A stretch of 64,000 nt of DNA, taken from IMG/VR virus record IMGVR_UViG_3300021400_000056, positions 30,581-94,580 of that record, one strand, 5' to 3'. Within the stretch, counting starts at the first letter, position 1. Every line of letters starts with the position of its first letter. The DNA is from a virus (taxonomy: Duplodnaviria > Caudoviricetes). This document shows, in pieces, positions 16,927 to 27,279 of this stretch. Position numbers and translations under genes: made by a program. Under the pieces are notes generated by a model. The model was not told the origin of the DNA and searched no databases. It saw only the letters and a list, made by a program, of their open reading frames with translations.

Positions 16927-17845
16927 ACTGAACCGGGGAAATATAATACAGCCGATTGACGACGCTTGAGACTAAATTTCCGGTATCATACAACACATAT
17001 TGGATCAAACCCGCTTCATTACCATTGGGACCTGTGACTCCGTAAAACGCAATGGCGTTTCCATCAGCGGCAGAAGCTGGTGTGTATAGGTTGCCCCTTA
17101 CATTCAGCACAACGGGTTCTTCGCCATTAGCCGCGTTTGATACTGCTTGTATTACTTCATCATACTCTTTGTCCACGCCCATGGTTCCGTCACCGTTGTC
17201 AACGGCGTTAACAATATAGAATTGACCTGAACCTGAAGCGCTAAATGGATAAAACTCGGTTAACTCCCAAGAGCTAAATGGACTATGCCAGTAAAGTGTT
17301 CCGTCTGGAGTTGGCAATTCATACGGTATAATGCCATCAGCAGGAAGGTCAGCCGGTGCAATAGAATGCGCAAGTATACCATTAGCGCATAATAGTCCAT
17401 CATGAAACAGCGAAACAGCAGCCATTACACGGCCTCTCACGATTGATAGTCTGACGTTCGGATCAAGCATACTAGGTATTGTATAAGCCTGGCCATCGAA
17501 TGAAACACTTAACTCGCCCATCGCTTCGACAATCGTTACAATCATTCTCTTCTTGCTCTCTACTGCTTGCATATACTCATCCGCTGGACGATTTGTGTAT
17601 ATAAGTTTTTCATTGCGAACTTCGTCAGGAACGTCAGAATCTTGAGAAATAACATATCTCGCTGGTACAAAATATAAATCAAGATAGTACGTATCACTGT
17701 CTGCGCTGCCCGATGAAGAACCGCCACTACTTGGCCCAGCAACATCCTCAATCTTATCGATCCATTCCTCTACGTTAGAAGCTCCTGTATTAGGATCTCC
17801 TCCGAGTTTTACATACAGTTTCTGTAATTTATCTGTAATAGCCAT
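16925..17845 (-). CDS. Virion-associated protein, MAITDKLQ-module family (copy 1)
   Basis: Shared N-terminal 37 aa plus Gly/Ser linker. Confidence 0.8.
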   Translation of the reverse strand: MAITDKLQKLYVKLGGDPNTGASNVEEWIDKIEDVAGPSSGGSSSGSADSDTYYLDLYFVPARYVISQDSDVPDEVRNEKLIYTNRPADEYMQAVESKKRMIVTIVEAMGELSVSFDGQAYTIPSMLDPNVRLSIVRGRVMAAVSLFHDGLLCANGILAHSIAPADLPADGIIPYELPTPDGTLYWHSPFSSWELTEFYPFSASGSGQFYIVNAVDNGDGTMGVDKEYDEVIQAVSNAANGEEPVVLNVRGNLYTPASAADGNAIAFYGVTGPNGNEAGLIQYVLYDTGNLVSSVVNRLYYISPVQ

Positions 17846-17864
17846 ATAAATTTCCCCTTTTTAA

Positions 17865-19931
17865 TTAAGCAATTCGGACAGCCGTAATATCGGCAGTGCC
17901 AGATGCAATTGTTCTTTTCTTTCCGGTTTTAAGGTTGAAGTAATAGGTCTCGGCAGTTGTAATCTGCATTAATCTTACTAGCTGAACACGCATATTACCA
18001 ACCTCGCTAACAATATACTCGGCGTCTTTAGCTGCATTCTGATTAGTATTTCTAAAATTCAGCTCGGCATACGTCTCACCTGTTGCTTTCGGAACCGTAA
18101 CCGTGCAAGTGACCGCCCAGGTGCCAATAGGCATCCATATAGATGCGACCGCACGACGTCCCTCATCGCCAACTACGCTTTCATTTGGATCCCCAACAGT
18201 TATGGCAGAAGAATTGCTAGCTGTAATACGCGTTCCGATTGCATTAGTATGACCGGAAACAGTAAAGCTCGTTCCAGTAATTGTGGTTGCAGTAAGAGCT
18301 TTTAGAGATGATGCTCCGCTAACATTAAGTACACTTAAAGACGAAGTACCGGTAACGCTTAGAGTGGTAACATTGACTTTAGGGGTGTGAACTGCTTCGG
18401 TTACAGTTAAAATTCCGCCAGTATAATACATAGTATTAGTTGGAACGGCTCCGCCAGTGTACCCAACAGAAAAATAATCAGGTGTTAATATGCTCTCATA
18501 GCTGCCTGTTTTTACCATGTAATAGTATTGTTTACTGCTAGTATTTGGATTTACTGCTCCATACGCAATTTCCACACCTGCGCTACTATTTCCGGTATAT
18601 GCCTTATCTGCAGTAATATTAAGCGGTCCAATCTTTCCAGTGCTGCAATAAATTTCTCCCTTTTTGTTAACTCCAAAAAGTTTGCCGCATGTTAAAACCC
18701 AATTAGTATCCGGATGTCCATTAAACGTTTTTGATCCGGTAACGCCAAGAGGAATTAAGAATATACTGTCATCGGAGCCAATCGTTTTACCAGTAGTATA
18801 AAGCGATCCGTTAAGTTCATTCGCCGCATTACCGATTGTCCAATTCCCAATTTTTCCGTCTTTAGCAGTTAGAGACCCGTCAGCATCCACAACAAACTTC
18901 TGCTTAATTGATAGCCCACTGTTACCGAAATATAACGAGTTCGCATTATTAAACTCAGGGCTTGTCGTTCCTTTATAAATAGCACTATCAGCTACTTTCC
19001 AAGGTCCAATGGAGCTTCCTGCTTTTGCAGTTAATACTCCATCAATAGTTGCTTCTTTAGCAGTTAAGACGCCTTCGCTTGTGACAGTAAAGCCTTTTGT
19101 AGGCGCTCCAAGAGCAATACCGTCGTCACCTAAATATACACCGGAATTGGAAGAATTAAACGCGTTCTTATTATTCGAGTAGATAGCGCCATTAATATCA
19201 AAGTTGCCGATTTTACCACTTGTTGCGTTTATCTTTCCCGTAATGTTAGCGTCATGCGCATATACAACACCGTTTGCCGAAACACCAAAGTTTGCGCCAA
19301 TAGCAAATCTAAGAAGCTCTCGATTTAAACCTCCAATTGCCCTTGTAAAATCAGTATTACCAAGGGTAATGAAGCCCGTTTTAGCGCTAGTCTTATCGTC
19401 GCCTGAATATATACCGTATTCATCGATCTTAAAACCGGATTTCTCGCTTCCTATGTATCCCTTACTAGCTCTGATCTCACCTTTTATATAAGCATCTTCT
19501 GCGCGAAACTCGCCATTGTTCTTAATATACCAATACTTTCCCTGACCACCATAGGCGCCCATTCCGCCAGCACTAAATGTCAAACCAGTCTTTGTCTGAT
19601 CGTCATAACGAATTCGTTCAGCATTTGTTGTTAAATATCCTTCAACAATAATTCCTGTTGTAGCTTTTAAGATGCCAAGAGTCATTGCCGGATTAGTGAT
19701 GTTAGCCGTAATTACTGCCTTACGGTTTTTAATCATACCCATAACTCGATCACCATTATTTGCGTTTGTCGCGTATATGGCCGGGGTAGGAGTAGTGGCT
19801 CCATCAATTACAACAAAATCACCGTCTGATGTTAACTTAGCAGTGCCATAAAATATAGTGTTTTCTTTTTTCTCTTGCGTGTCATGCGTTACTTTAGCAA
19901 ACTCGTCAAGTAGATCTCCTGGAAGTTTCAT
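17865..19931 (-). CDS. Tail spike/fibre protein
   Basis: Repeated G.I.A.SG.IG.(W/F).I beta-helical motifs; last gene of the tail module. Confidence 0.75.
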   Translation of the reverse strand: MKLPGDLLDEFAKVTHDTQEKKENTIFYGTAKLTSDGDFVVIDGATTPTPAIYATNANNGDRVMGMIKNRKAVITANITNPAMTLGILKATTGIIVEGYLTTNAERIRYDDQTKTGLTFSAGGMGAYGGQGKYWYIKNNGEFRAEDAYIKGEIRASKGYIGSEKSGFKIDEYGIYSGDDKTSAKTGFITLGNTDFTRAIGGLNRELLRFAIGANFGVSANGVVYAHDANITGKINATSGKIGNFDINGAIYSNNKNAFNSSNSGVYLGDDGIALGAPTKGFTVTSEGVLTAKEATIDGVLTAKAGSSIGPWKVADSAIYKGTTSPEFNNANSLYFGNSGLSIKQKFVVDADGSLTAKDGKIGNWTIGNAANELNGSLYTTGKTIGSDDSIFLIPLGVTGSKTFNGHPDTNWVLTCGKLFGVNKKGEIYCSTGKIGPLNITADKAYTGNSSAGVEIAYGAVNPNTSSKQYYYMVKTGSYESILTPDYFSVGYTGGAVPTNTMYYTGGILTVTEAVHTPKVNVTTLSVTGTSSLSVLNVSGASSLKALTATTITGTSFTVSGHTNAIGTRITASNSSAITVGDPNESVVGDEGRRAVASIWMPIGTWAVTCTVTVPKATGETYAELNFRNTNQNAAKDAEYIVSEVGNMRVQLVRLMQITTAETYYFNLKTGKKRTIASGTADITAVRIA

Positions 19932-19935
19932 TTAT

Positions 19936-21003
19936 TCACCCCCATAATTTCTTAGTATAAGTTGCTTTTTCCGTGACCTTACATCCCGTTTCACAACTTA
20001 TCTCTTGAGATTTTACAATTGCTCTAATCCCAACAAGTCCGGCTCTCTTATAATTTAATTCCACGCAATCACCAACCCGAACAGGACAATAGCCATGGGA
20101 ATATGAGATCGTGTATTCAAGCGTTGATAAGTCTCTAAGTAGCTTAGTGGCATACTCATCCATTGTATGCTGATCTGGAGAAATTAAATCTTCCGGATTG
20201 TTAACACGATACATAACCTCTCGGCCTCTGGACGGAATAGATGTTGGAGAGTTTTCATCTGTATTCTCGGCTCTAGCCATAAGAAAGGAATACTCATCCG
20301 AATACATTACCTCAACAACATTTGGAATACCGTAAAGATCTCTATCGATTGAAATTTCGGGATAAAGAATTGAACTGTTATCGTCATTAAACGTCCAAAC
20401 TGGTTTCACTGCATTACTGTTTTGATTTGGAACGAATAAGATCCTTCCGAGTTCATCAACGTCGAACCTATAGTTGATACTGCCTAATAAGTCTGACGCA
20501 TATGACAAAATCGTATCGTTCTCATAATCGGATACATAATCGCCATTTAAAATATCACTAGACTCTGATGAAACAACAGGCGCTCTTGTGTTTTCAGCAA
20601 CAAGGTTTGAAACTGATTTCAGAATATTCACCCCGGAGGAAATTGAGTATCCAAAAGGTGGATTCTTATCCTTTAATTCAAGAAGAGGCGTGTACGCATC
20701 CATTGAAAGACTTTGTACACGCCCGTTATAGCTTTTTCCAGGTGTCTGAACAAGGAGAGTGCCAAGAGGAAACTCGTATTTGAATCCATTTTGAATGCAA
20801 ACAAGATACGTCCTCACATAGCACTCTCCTAATTCTTCAGTAGTTTCAAAAGAACCACTACCAAGAGTCTCGTTTTCCGCGTCTCTTTTAATTGAACTGG
20901 ACGTGATCTCATGCAATTCCCTTTCGTTTTTCCAAGTTCCTGGATGCACGACATAGTACTTGAAAGTCTGCTGCATCGACTTGGTCCAGTCAATATCTGG
21001 CAT
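19936..21003 (-). CDS. Tail tip/baseplate hub protein
   Basis: Position after the large minor tail protein; PNVVEV, HGYCPVRVGDCV. Confidence 0.7.
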   Translation of the reverse strand: MPDIDWTKSMQQTFKYYVVHPGTWKNERELHEITSSSIKRDAENETLGSGSFETTEELGECYVRTYLVCIQNGFKYEFPLGTLLVQTPGKSYNGRVQSLSMDAYTPLLELKDKNPPFGYSISSGVNILKSVSNLVAENTRAPVVSSESSDILNGDYVSDYENDTILSYASDLLGSINYRFDVDELGRILFVPNQNSNAVKPVWTFNDDNSSILYPEISIDRDLYGIPNVVEVMYSDEYSFLMARAENTDENSPTSIPSRGREVMYRVNNPEDLISPDQHTMDEYATKLLRDLSTLEYTISYSHGYCPVRVGDCVELNYKRAGLVGIRAIVKSQEISCETGCKVTEKATYTKKLWG

Positions 21004-21004
21004 A

Positions 21005-24000
21005 TTAGGTTCCTCCTTCTACTCGTGTAATGTCTAATGAAACTGGCACGATAGGCTCAAGATGCGAGATGTCAAAACTGACTTTTACATGTGCCCAGTA
21101 TCCTACTCCTGAAGGTGATCTGACATAACAATCACCAGGCCAGACAGCAAGGCGTCTAAGAGCGTAAATCGTCTCTTTATCAGTTTTAGCAATGTCAGTC
21201 TTCCAAGATGCAGTCTGGCCAACATGTGTTCCAAAGTAACTAACAGGGTGTTTTCTACCAATGTAATTAACGAGCTCGATATCAAGGTCATTAGATTCTG
21301 ACTCATCTATATTATAAGGAAGTCTTAGCATCGATCCTTTATAAGGAGCCTCATCTAAATTCGACGGGAAATCATCAGTATCGAATCCAGACCAGGACTC
21401 GTCCCACTGAATGATGATGTCTGTAATTCCAATCGGCTGAGGAGCAAGGTCTTCGTAGAACATCCTTCCGGTTGATGTATCTATTGCCACGATTCTATAT
21501 CTAGCATAATCAAGTGCTGGATGTGGATCGATAACTGTAATGTTATCCCCATTTGCAAGATCCGTAGCAATCTCAGTTAATCCACCGTCAAACTCTCTTC
21601 TAAACACTGAGAGACTAAAATGGTTAAGATAATAGCCCTGCTCGTTCGTTGCACTAGGATTCAAATATACTACTGCTGCATCTTCATCAATAGTCAACGA
21701 CGCATCAAGCTCAACGTCTGCATCCATATCCCAATCTACGACAAAGTCGCTTGTTGTTTCAGCAGTAAGACCGACATCAGTGTTAACTGTAACGGTTAAC
21801 GTGTAACTACGAAGATTATCAAGATTCAGTTCATTGGCCATAATCAAGGTAATGAAGTCACGTTCATTAGTGTAAATATACCGTTTATAAATCTCCTGAC
21901 CAGACCTGATATGAATAATCCTACCTGTGTCGTCAATGTCGTCATAAGTGTCATTTGAAATGATAGAAAGCACATAGACAAGAGGCTTTTGCGTTGTTGG
22001 TCCTGAGTGAATATCCAAGATCATAGGAAACGTCTCTAGCCTGCCCTCAATCGAGCTTGCCGTGATTGAACCGTTTGTATAGATATTATCTTCCCTGAAC
22101 TCAAAGTCATCAGATAGCCACCTGTAACCGCTTCCAATCGTCACGCGAATTGTAGGCGGCGTGTAGATGTTAATCTGCCTCTCTCCAGAGAACGGACCAT
22201 AATCAGGGAGCACGCCTTTTGTTTTAACTTTCCACGTAATAACAGCTCCGGCTTCATATGTACCAGCAGGAATTAAGTAATAACTAACTCCGCCCCTCTG
22301 GAAGCTGAAATTGTTGGCAAGCGATCTGTGATAGATATCGTCTTTTGAAACTGACAGAATATGCTCAAGAGCAATAGGAGCAGCATCTAGATTGGAGACT
22401 TTGTAAACATAGTGAATCAGCATATCGCCATTTATCTCGTAATTATCGGTATTAGCGGTGACTGACACAGTGCAGTTGAGTAGTGAGTCATCATCTGAAT
22501 TTTTATAGTTAATTGTCATAACGTCGTTCTCAAATGACCACGAGGTAATCTTGTCGTCTGCACTATTGCCCTCTGCGTCAGTTACACTAAGTTTCATATT
22601 GTGTTCGATATCTCTAATTCCATCCGGAAGCATTGTACCATCAAGTTCGATTTTCGAAGAAGATTCGTCTTTCCAGGTGAGCCATAAATAGTGATCAGAG
22701 CTAGTCAAATGCGGGCCGCTTGGGTTAGGATCTGTACCTTGAGGATATTGATATGTAAGAATGTTATTGTTTATAGAAAAATCACATTCTCCTTCAATAC
22801 TTGAGTCGGTTTCATATTCACCGATCGTCCATCCCGATCTTGTCTGACCCATTTCGACTTTATATATTTTATTGTAATCGTCGAGCACATCGCTCAACCC
22901 ACTCACATTAGACAGATCTACAGTTTTATTTTTATACTTTTGATAATCACCGATCATGAGGTTCCAATGTCTAGTTTTATTTAACGTTTTAGTGTAACTC
23001 CATGTATACGGTGTTTCGTTTTTAAGAACCGTCCTTCTTGTTGGATTATACGTAGAATAAAGCTCAGCTAAAAGTCCATTACGCTGATTTTTAGGAATTT
23101 CAGAAATATCCACGGATATGAACTGCGTTCCACTATAGTTGTCGATCGTTTGTGGCTCGGATTCGATCGTAACCGTCTCTGACGAATAGATCATCTCGGT
23201 TGGCTCAGTTATAATAACGTCGTCCTTATAGAATGATAGAGTCGCTGTCGTGTAAAAACCAGTACTGTCTGTCGGAATGTCAAGAACAAAATATACAGTA
23301 TTATCTTCAATCCTGCTCGATACGATCTTAGAGGTATACTCGTCATTATCACCAAGTTTTGTTATTCCAACGTAACCATCTGGTTTGAGAATTGCCGGAA
23401 CTGAGCTGACATCGATCGTATTCTCGACACCAATTAACTGAATGATTAAAAACGCATTACCCCATACGACTTCAGATGTGGAAGATCCGGTAGGGTATTT
23501 AAAGCTTATCTCCGAACCATTTAAAGAAAATTCTCCTTCGCCTACAATCTGTTCGTAGGTTTCGGCGTCTTCCGCATCAGCAATTGCTAAACTGGCAACC
23601 GAGATATTATGCCTCAGATCCTCTGGCACTATGTCTGTAAGGTCGATTGTTCTAGTAGTATACTCTTCGTATTCACCTAACCGAATCACATAAAACGATT
23701 TTTTAATCTCTACAGTGGTTTCGCACAAATACGGCTCAAACAACTCATACTCGTCAACAATTTCGTGAGTCTCTTTAACACCGTTAACTGTCATCTCGAT
23801 AATCGCACCAGACTGAGCGGATCCATCTTCAGAGTTATGAAGCCAATTCAAATATACATCATCGCTTGTTACCGGCGTTGTGGAAGACGACCATGTAGTA
23901 GGTGCATCCGGAACAGTTCCAAGAACAATATACGCAATTTCGCTCCATTCGGATTCTCCGCTGGCATCATTTACAGCTTTAATCCTAAAATACCACTCTC

Positions 24001-27000
24001 CGGTATTACCGTCAGTTTCAGATTTAGGTTCGAGTCCCTGAATTTCTGCTCTTATACCGGAAGTGATAGTCGTCTCTTCAACAAGATCCGGAGCAGCGTC
24101 AAAATATCTTGCTTTTGTAGTCCTCTGAATAACATATGAGGTCGCACCATCAACCTGATTCCAAAGAACCTCAACTGAAGTCGCGCTAAGCGCATTTACA
24201 ACAGGGACTCCTTCAGGTGGAAGAGGAATTGTATAGACAGGATCAGTTGTATACTCCGACCAATCACTAGCTTCGCCATCATCATTAAGCGCTCTAGCTC
24301 TAGCTCTGATACCGTATCCTGCCTCAATATCCTGTACGTATGTTGCTCGGTTAAAGAGGATCTCAGCATTTCCGTAAAACGTATCGTCTGTATCAACATC
24401 GTTAATAAACTCGTATTCGATCATGCTGGCTTTCTCGTCATACGAGTCGACCATGGCAGTGAGTCTGAACTTATTAATAGACAACGATGGAACCGCAGGC
24501 GTTTCAGGGACTGTTGATGAAGGCATTATAAAGATTTCATATTCAGAGTCCTTGCCTTCAAATGCTAACGAGTATTTCGGCACCGGTGTGACTTTAACTT
24601 CCACCATGTCAGCCTGAGCCGGGGCATCGTAAGTGCACACTTTTGATTCGTACGAGGTAGTACCGCTAGATCCGTCATACCAAACAGCGTCTATTTTATA
24701 GCGCCATTTAAACGAGTAGCTGTCGACGTTCCTCTCATCATCAATGCCCCAAGTCGCAACAACCGTTGTCTTACTCCCCCTCTGTAAGAACATCGCAATA
24801 TCCTGAACGCTTCTCGTGCCAGGTTTAAGAGAATATATAAATTCAGAGGAGTACGTGCTAACAAAATATGCGTTAGAACCGGACGTATCATTAGGCTTAA
24901 TTTTAAGACGAATCTCATCGGCATCCGTAGGAGCGTCAATCTCGAATATTTTCTGTGTAACCGTGCCCTCAGTAGGTTCGCTAAGGACACCTCTTACATA
25001 AGTCTGATAAGAATATGTGTAGTCTTTTACATGGCTTTCATTTGAAATTGTGAAGGATACTTTTAGCTTTCTATCTGTCCCTTCAGAATATATGACATTA
25101 AGACTGCCCGAGTTGATAGTTCTGGATGGAACTGAAAACAAGTAGTCGACCCATTCGCTCCATATGCCCTCAAAGTCTAGATCTTCATTATTTGGAACTG
25201 GTCTAACTCTAAATTGAGCATGCTTGGCATTTGCAGGAACGGTGTAATCGTCAGATATAACCTGTTTATCGTTAATCGATTGTGTCTCGCCTTCTCTTAT
25301 TAACGTTCCAAGTTCTTTGGTATAAATAACGTATCGCCATACAACTTCATATCCAGCCACTTTTCCTACTAGATCATCAGTCTGCTTTTTAGTGTCAGGA
25401 TCCCATAAGTGTAGACTCCATGCCGCAGTTAGTGTTTTATCAGTTCGCTCTGCTTCTGGCCAAACAACTCTAATTAGATTATTAGGTATGCTTCTTTTTG
25501 GAAGTGGCATAATTACTTCCGTAGCCGGTGAGCAATATACACCAAGAAAGTCGTTAGTGTGCTTGGGAACAGGCTTTACTCGGAATAGTACTGCCTGAGC
25601 GTTTTCAGGAGCTTCATAGATTGGTGTGTGAAATGCCGGAGCATCTTGAGACAAAGTTCCGGTATCAGCGCCCCAAAATTCCATATTTAACCCAGCGATT
25701 CTATATCCCCATTCATACTCATATGAAGCAACATTTGGATCTTCTATCTTATTCCATTGCGCTACAAAGCTTCGTCTCGTGTTCGGTATCAGAGTAAATC
25801 TAATGCTACTCTGAGCAACCTGCTTCGTATCAATAACCACTTTATAGGGCTCGCTCGTTACTGAGGTTTCAAGATATCCGCTGGTTTCCGCAGATTTAGG
25901 CGTAATTGTAACTCTGATTTCACTAGCTCCTTCAGGAATAGTGTATTCTTCAGAGTAATAGAATTTAGATGGTGTTTCTACATTTTTTGTACCTGTTTGG
26001 TATCTCTCAGTGCCAGTCTGTACTTCTGTTACGGTGCCAGTTGTAACTTTAGCATACGCTTTTGCTTGTTTATCACGCAGTGTCGCAACAGTCTCCATGT
26101 ATTTATTATACAACACAGTGGCTTCGATTTTGTTTTTAGCCTTTCCGTGCTTTATTAAATACGTAATGGGATCTTTTTTATTAATTACTTTCTGCGCAAA
26201 TTTTTCGGCTTTCGTTGGAACGTAAGTTCCATGTTTTTCTACTGTTTTTTCGACTTCTTTAGACCAAGCCCTTGTTGCATATTCCGGCGTCTCGACATAA
26301 ATAGATCCCATCATCCACTGGTCAGGATCAATATCCATGGTGGTCTCATTAGTCCATCTCGCCCCGGATCCAGATCCGTTTCCCTCAGTTAGCGTCTCGA
26401 ACTTACATGTAAAACCATCAAGATTAGCGTCACTAGGAGTAAGTCTCCACTCCGCCATAACCGTATTATCGCCATGAGGATATCTAAATATATGAATACT
26501 ATCAGCAATGGCTTGTCTGATTGTCTTAGTAAGGCTCGAGTCATACTGTTTCTCAACATTCTGAGCAACTACGGAACTATCAGCAGATGTAGGTTTGGTA
26601 ACAACTCTAAGTTTCTCGAACGAATTTGGAATAACGCCAGTATATACAACGGTTGTAGTATCTCTTGGAATGCTGCTTGTAGCGTCTCCGGTTCGCCATA
26701 GCTTTCTTCCACCTTCATTTACGTAAAACTCCCAGGTCACCTCAAAATTGGTAACCCAGGAGAAATTCTTTTTATCAGGAGCTGTGGATAAATGCGGTGT
26801 AACGTCTACCGATAATGGATAGGAGCTAGATGCGTTATAGGTATAGTTTTTAGATAAACTGTAATATCCTTTTTTAACCAGTTTGTCGACCTTTACCGAT
26901 GCTACACCTGCCGATCCCCATTTCGTTGTTGAGAAATAATGCTTGGTCTCTTCAACCTCTTTCTTTTTACCCTTAACAGTTTTTGTTGTTTTGACCTTAT

Positions 27001-27277
27001 GCGTTTTTGATGTTGCTCTAATCTGAAAATCAACACTTACCGCATCGGTTGGCACATCATAGGTCGCTTCTTTCGTCTGACTGGCACTTCCACCATCTGT
27101 TGTGCCATCACTGCCAACGATCCAACCTTTAGCACCACTTCTTTTATACAACCATTTCCATTCGAATTGATCCACATGGTTTTTTTGGCTGCCAGTCACG
27201 GTCCACGTAACGACGAAGGTTCGTTCTGTTCCAGCTTTAAGCGTAATCTTGCTGGGCTTAATTGTAATTTTTGACAA
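21005..27277 (-). CDS. Large minor tail protein with multiple fibronectin type III-like repeats
   Basis: Repeated R.F...W....V..YE..W.Y...P..A..V.FRVKP units; SDWSE and SEWSE; follows the tape measure. Confidence 0.8.
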   Translation of the reverse strand: MSKITIKPSKITLKAGTERTFVVTWTVTGSQKNHVDQFEWKWLYKRSGAKGWIVGSDGTTDGGSASQTKEATYDVPTDAVSVDFQIRATSKTHKVKTTKTVKGKKKEVEETKHYFSTTKWGSAGVASVKVDKLVKKGYYSLSKNYTYNASSSYPLSVDVTPHLSTAPDKKNFSWVTNFEVTWEFYVNEGGRKLWRTGDATSSIPRDTTTVVYTGVIPNSFEKLRVVTKPTSADSSVVAQNVEKQYDSSLTKTIRQAIADSIHIFRYPHGDNTVMAEWRLTPSDANLDGFTCKFETLTEGNGSGSGARWTNETTMDIDPDQWMMGSIYVETPEYATRAWSKEVEKTVEKHGTYVPTKAEKFAQKVINKKDPITYLIKHGKAKNKIEATVLYNKYMETVATLRDKQAKAYAKVTTGTVTEVQTGTERYQTGTKNVETPSKFYYSEEYTIPEGASEIRVTITPKSAETSGYLETSVTSEPYKVVIDTKQVAQSSIRFTLIPNTRRSFVAQWNKIEDPNVASYEYEWGYRIAGLNMEFWGADTGTLSQDAPAFHTPIYEAPENAQAVLFRVKPVPKHTNDFLGVYCSPATEVIMPLPKRSIPNNLIRVVWPEAERTDKTLTAAWSLHLWDPDTKKQTDDLVGKVAGYEVVWRYVIYTKELGTLIREGETQSINDKQVISDDYTVPANAKHAQFRVRPVPNNEDLDFEGIWSEWVDYLFSVPSRTINSGSLNVIYSEGTDRKLKVSFTISNESHVKDYTYSYQTYVRGVLSEPTEGTVTQKIFEIDAPTDADEIRLKIKPNDTSGSNAYFVSTYSSEFIYSLKPGTRSVQDIAMFLQRGSKTTVVATWGIDDERNVDSYSFKWRYKIDAVWYDGSSGTTSYESKVCTYDAPAQADMVEVKVTPVPKYSLAFEGKDSEYEIFIMPSSTVPETPAVPSLSINKFRLTAMVDSYDEKASMIEYEFINDVDTDDTFYGNAEILFNRATYVQDIEAGYGIRARARALNDDGEASDWSEYTTDPVYTIPLPPEGVPVVNALSATSVEVLWNQVDGATSYVIQRTTKARYFDAAPDLVEETTITSGIRAEIQGLEPKSETDGNTGEWYFRIKAVNDASGESEWSEIAYIVLGTVPDAPTTWSSSTTPVTSDDVYLNWLHNSEDGSAQSGAIIEMTVNGVKETHEIVDEYELFEPYLCETTVEIKKSFYVIRLGEYEEYTTRTIDLTDIVPEDLRHNISVASLAIADAEDAETYEQIVGEGEFSLNGSEISFKYPTGSSTSEVVWGNAFLIIQLIGVENTIDVSSVPAILKPDGYVGITKLGDNDEYTSKIVSSRIEDNTVYFVLDIPTDSTGFYTTATLSFYKDDVIITEPTEMIYSSETVTIESEPQTIDNYSGTQFISVDISEIPKNQRNGLLAELYSTYNPTRRTVLKNETPYTWSYTKTLNKTRHWNLMIGDYQKYKNKTVDLSNVSGLSDVLDDYNKIYKVEMGQTRSGWTIGEYETDSSIEGECDFSINNNILTYQYPQGTDPNPSGPHLTSSDHYLWLTWKDESSSKIELDGTMLPDGIRDIEHNMKLSVTDAEGNSADDKITSWSFENDVMTINYKNSDDDSLLNCTVSVTANTDNYEINGDMLIHYVYKVSNLDAAPIALEHILSVSKDDIYHRSLANNFSFQRGGVSYYLIPAGTYEAGAVITWKVKTKGVLPDYGPFSGERQINIYTPPTIRVTIGSGYRWLSDDFEFREDNIYTNGSITASSIEGRLETFPMILDIHSGPTTQKPLVYVLSIISNDTYDDIDDTGRIIHIRSGQEIYKRYIYTNERDFITLIMANELNLDNLRSYTLTVTVNTDVGLTAETTSDFVVDWDMDADVELDASLTIDEDAAVVYLNPSATNEQGYYLNHFSLSVFRREFDGGLTEIATDLANGDNITVIDPHPALDYARYRIVAIDTSTGRMFYEDLAPQPIGITDIIIQWDESWSGFDTDDFPSNLDEAPYKGSMLRLPYNIDESESNDLDIELVNYIGRKHPVSYFGTHVGQTASWKTDIAKTDKETIYALRRLAVWPGDCYVRSPSGVGYWAHVKVSFDISHLEPIVPVSLDITRVEGGT

Positions 27278-27279
27278 AC

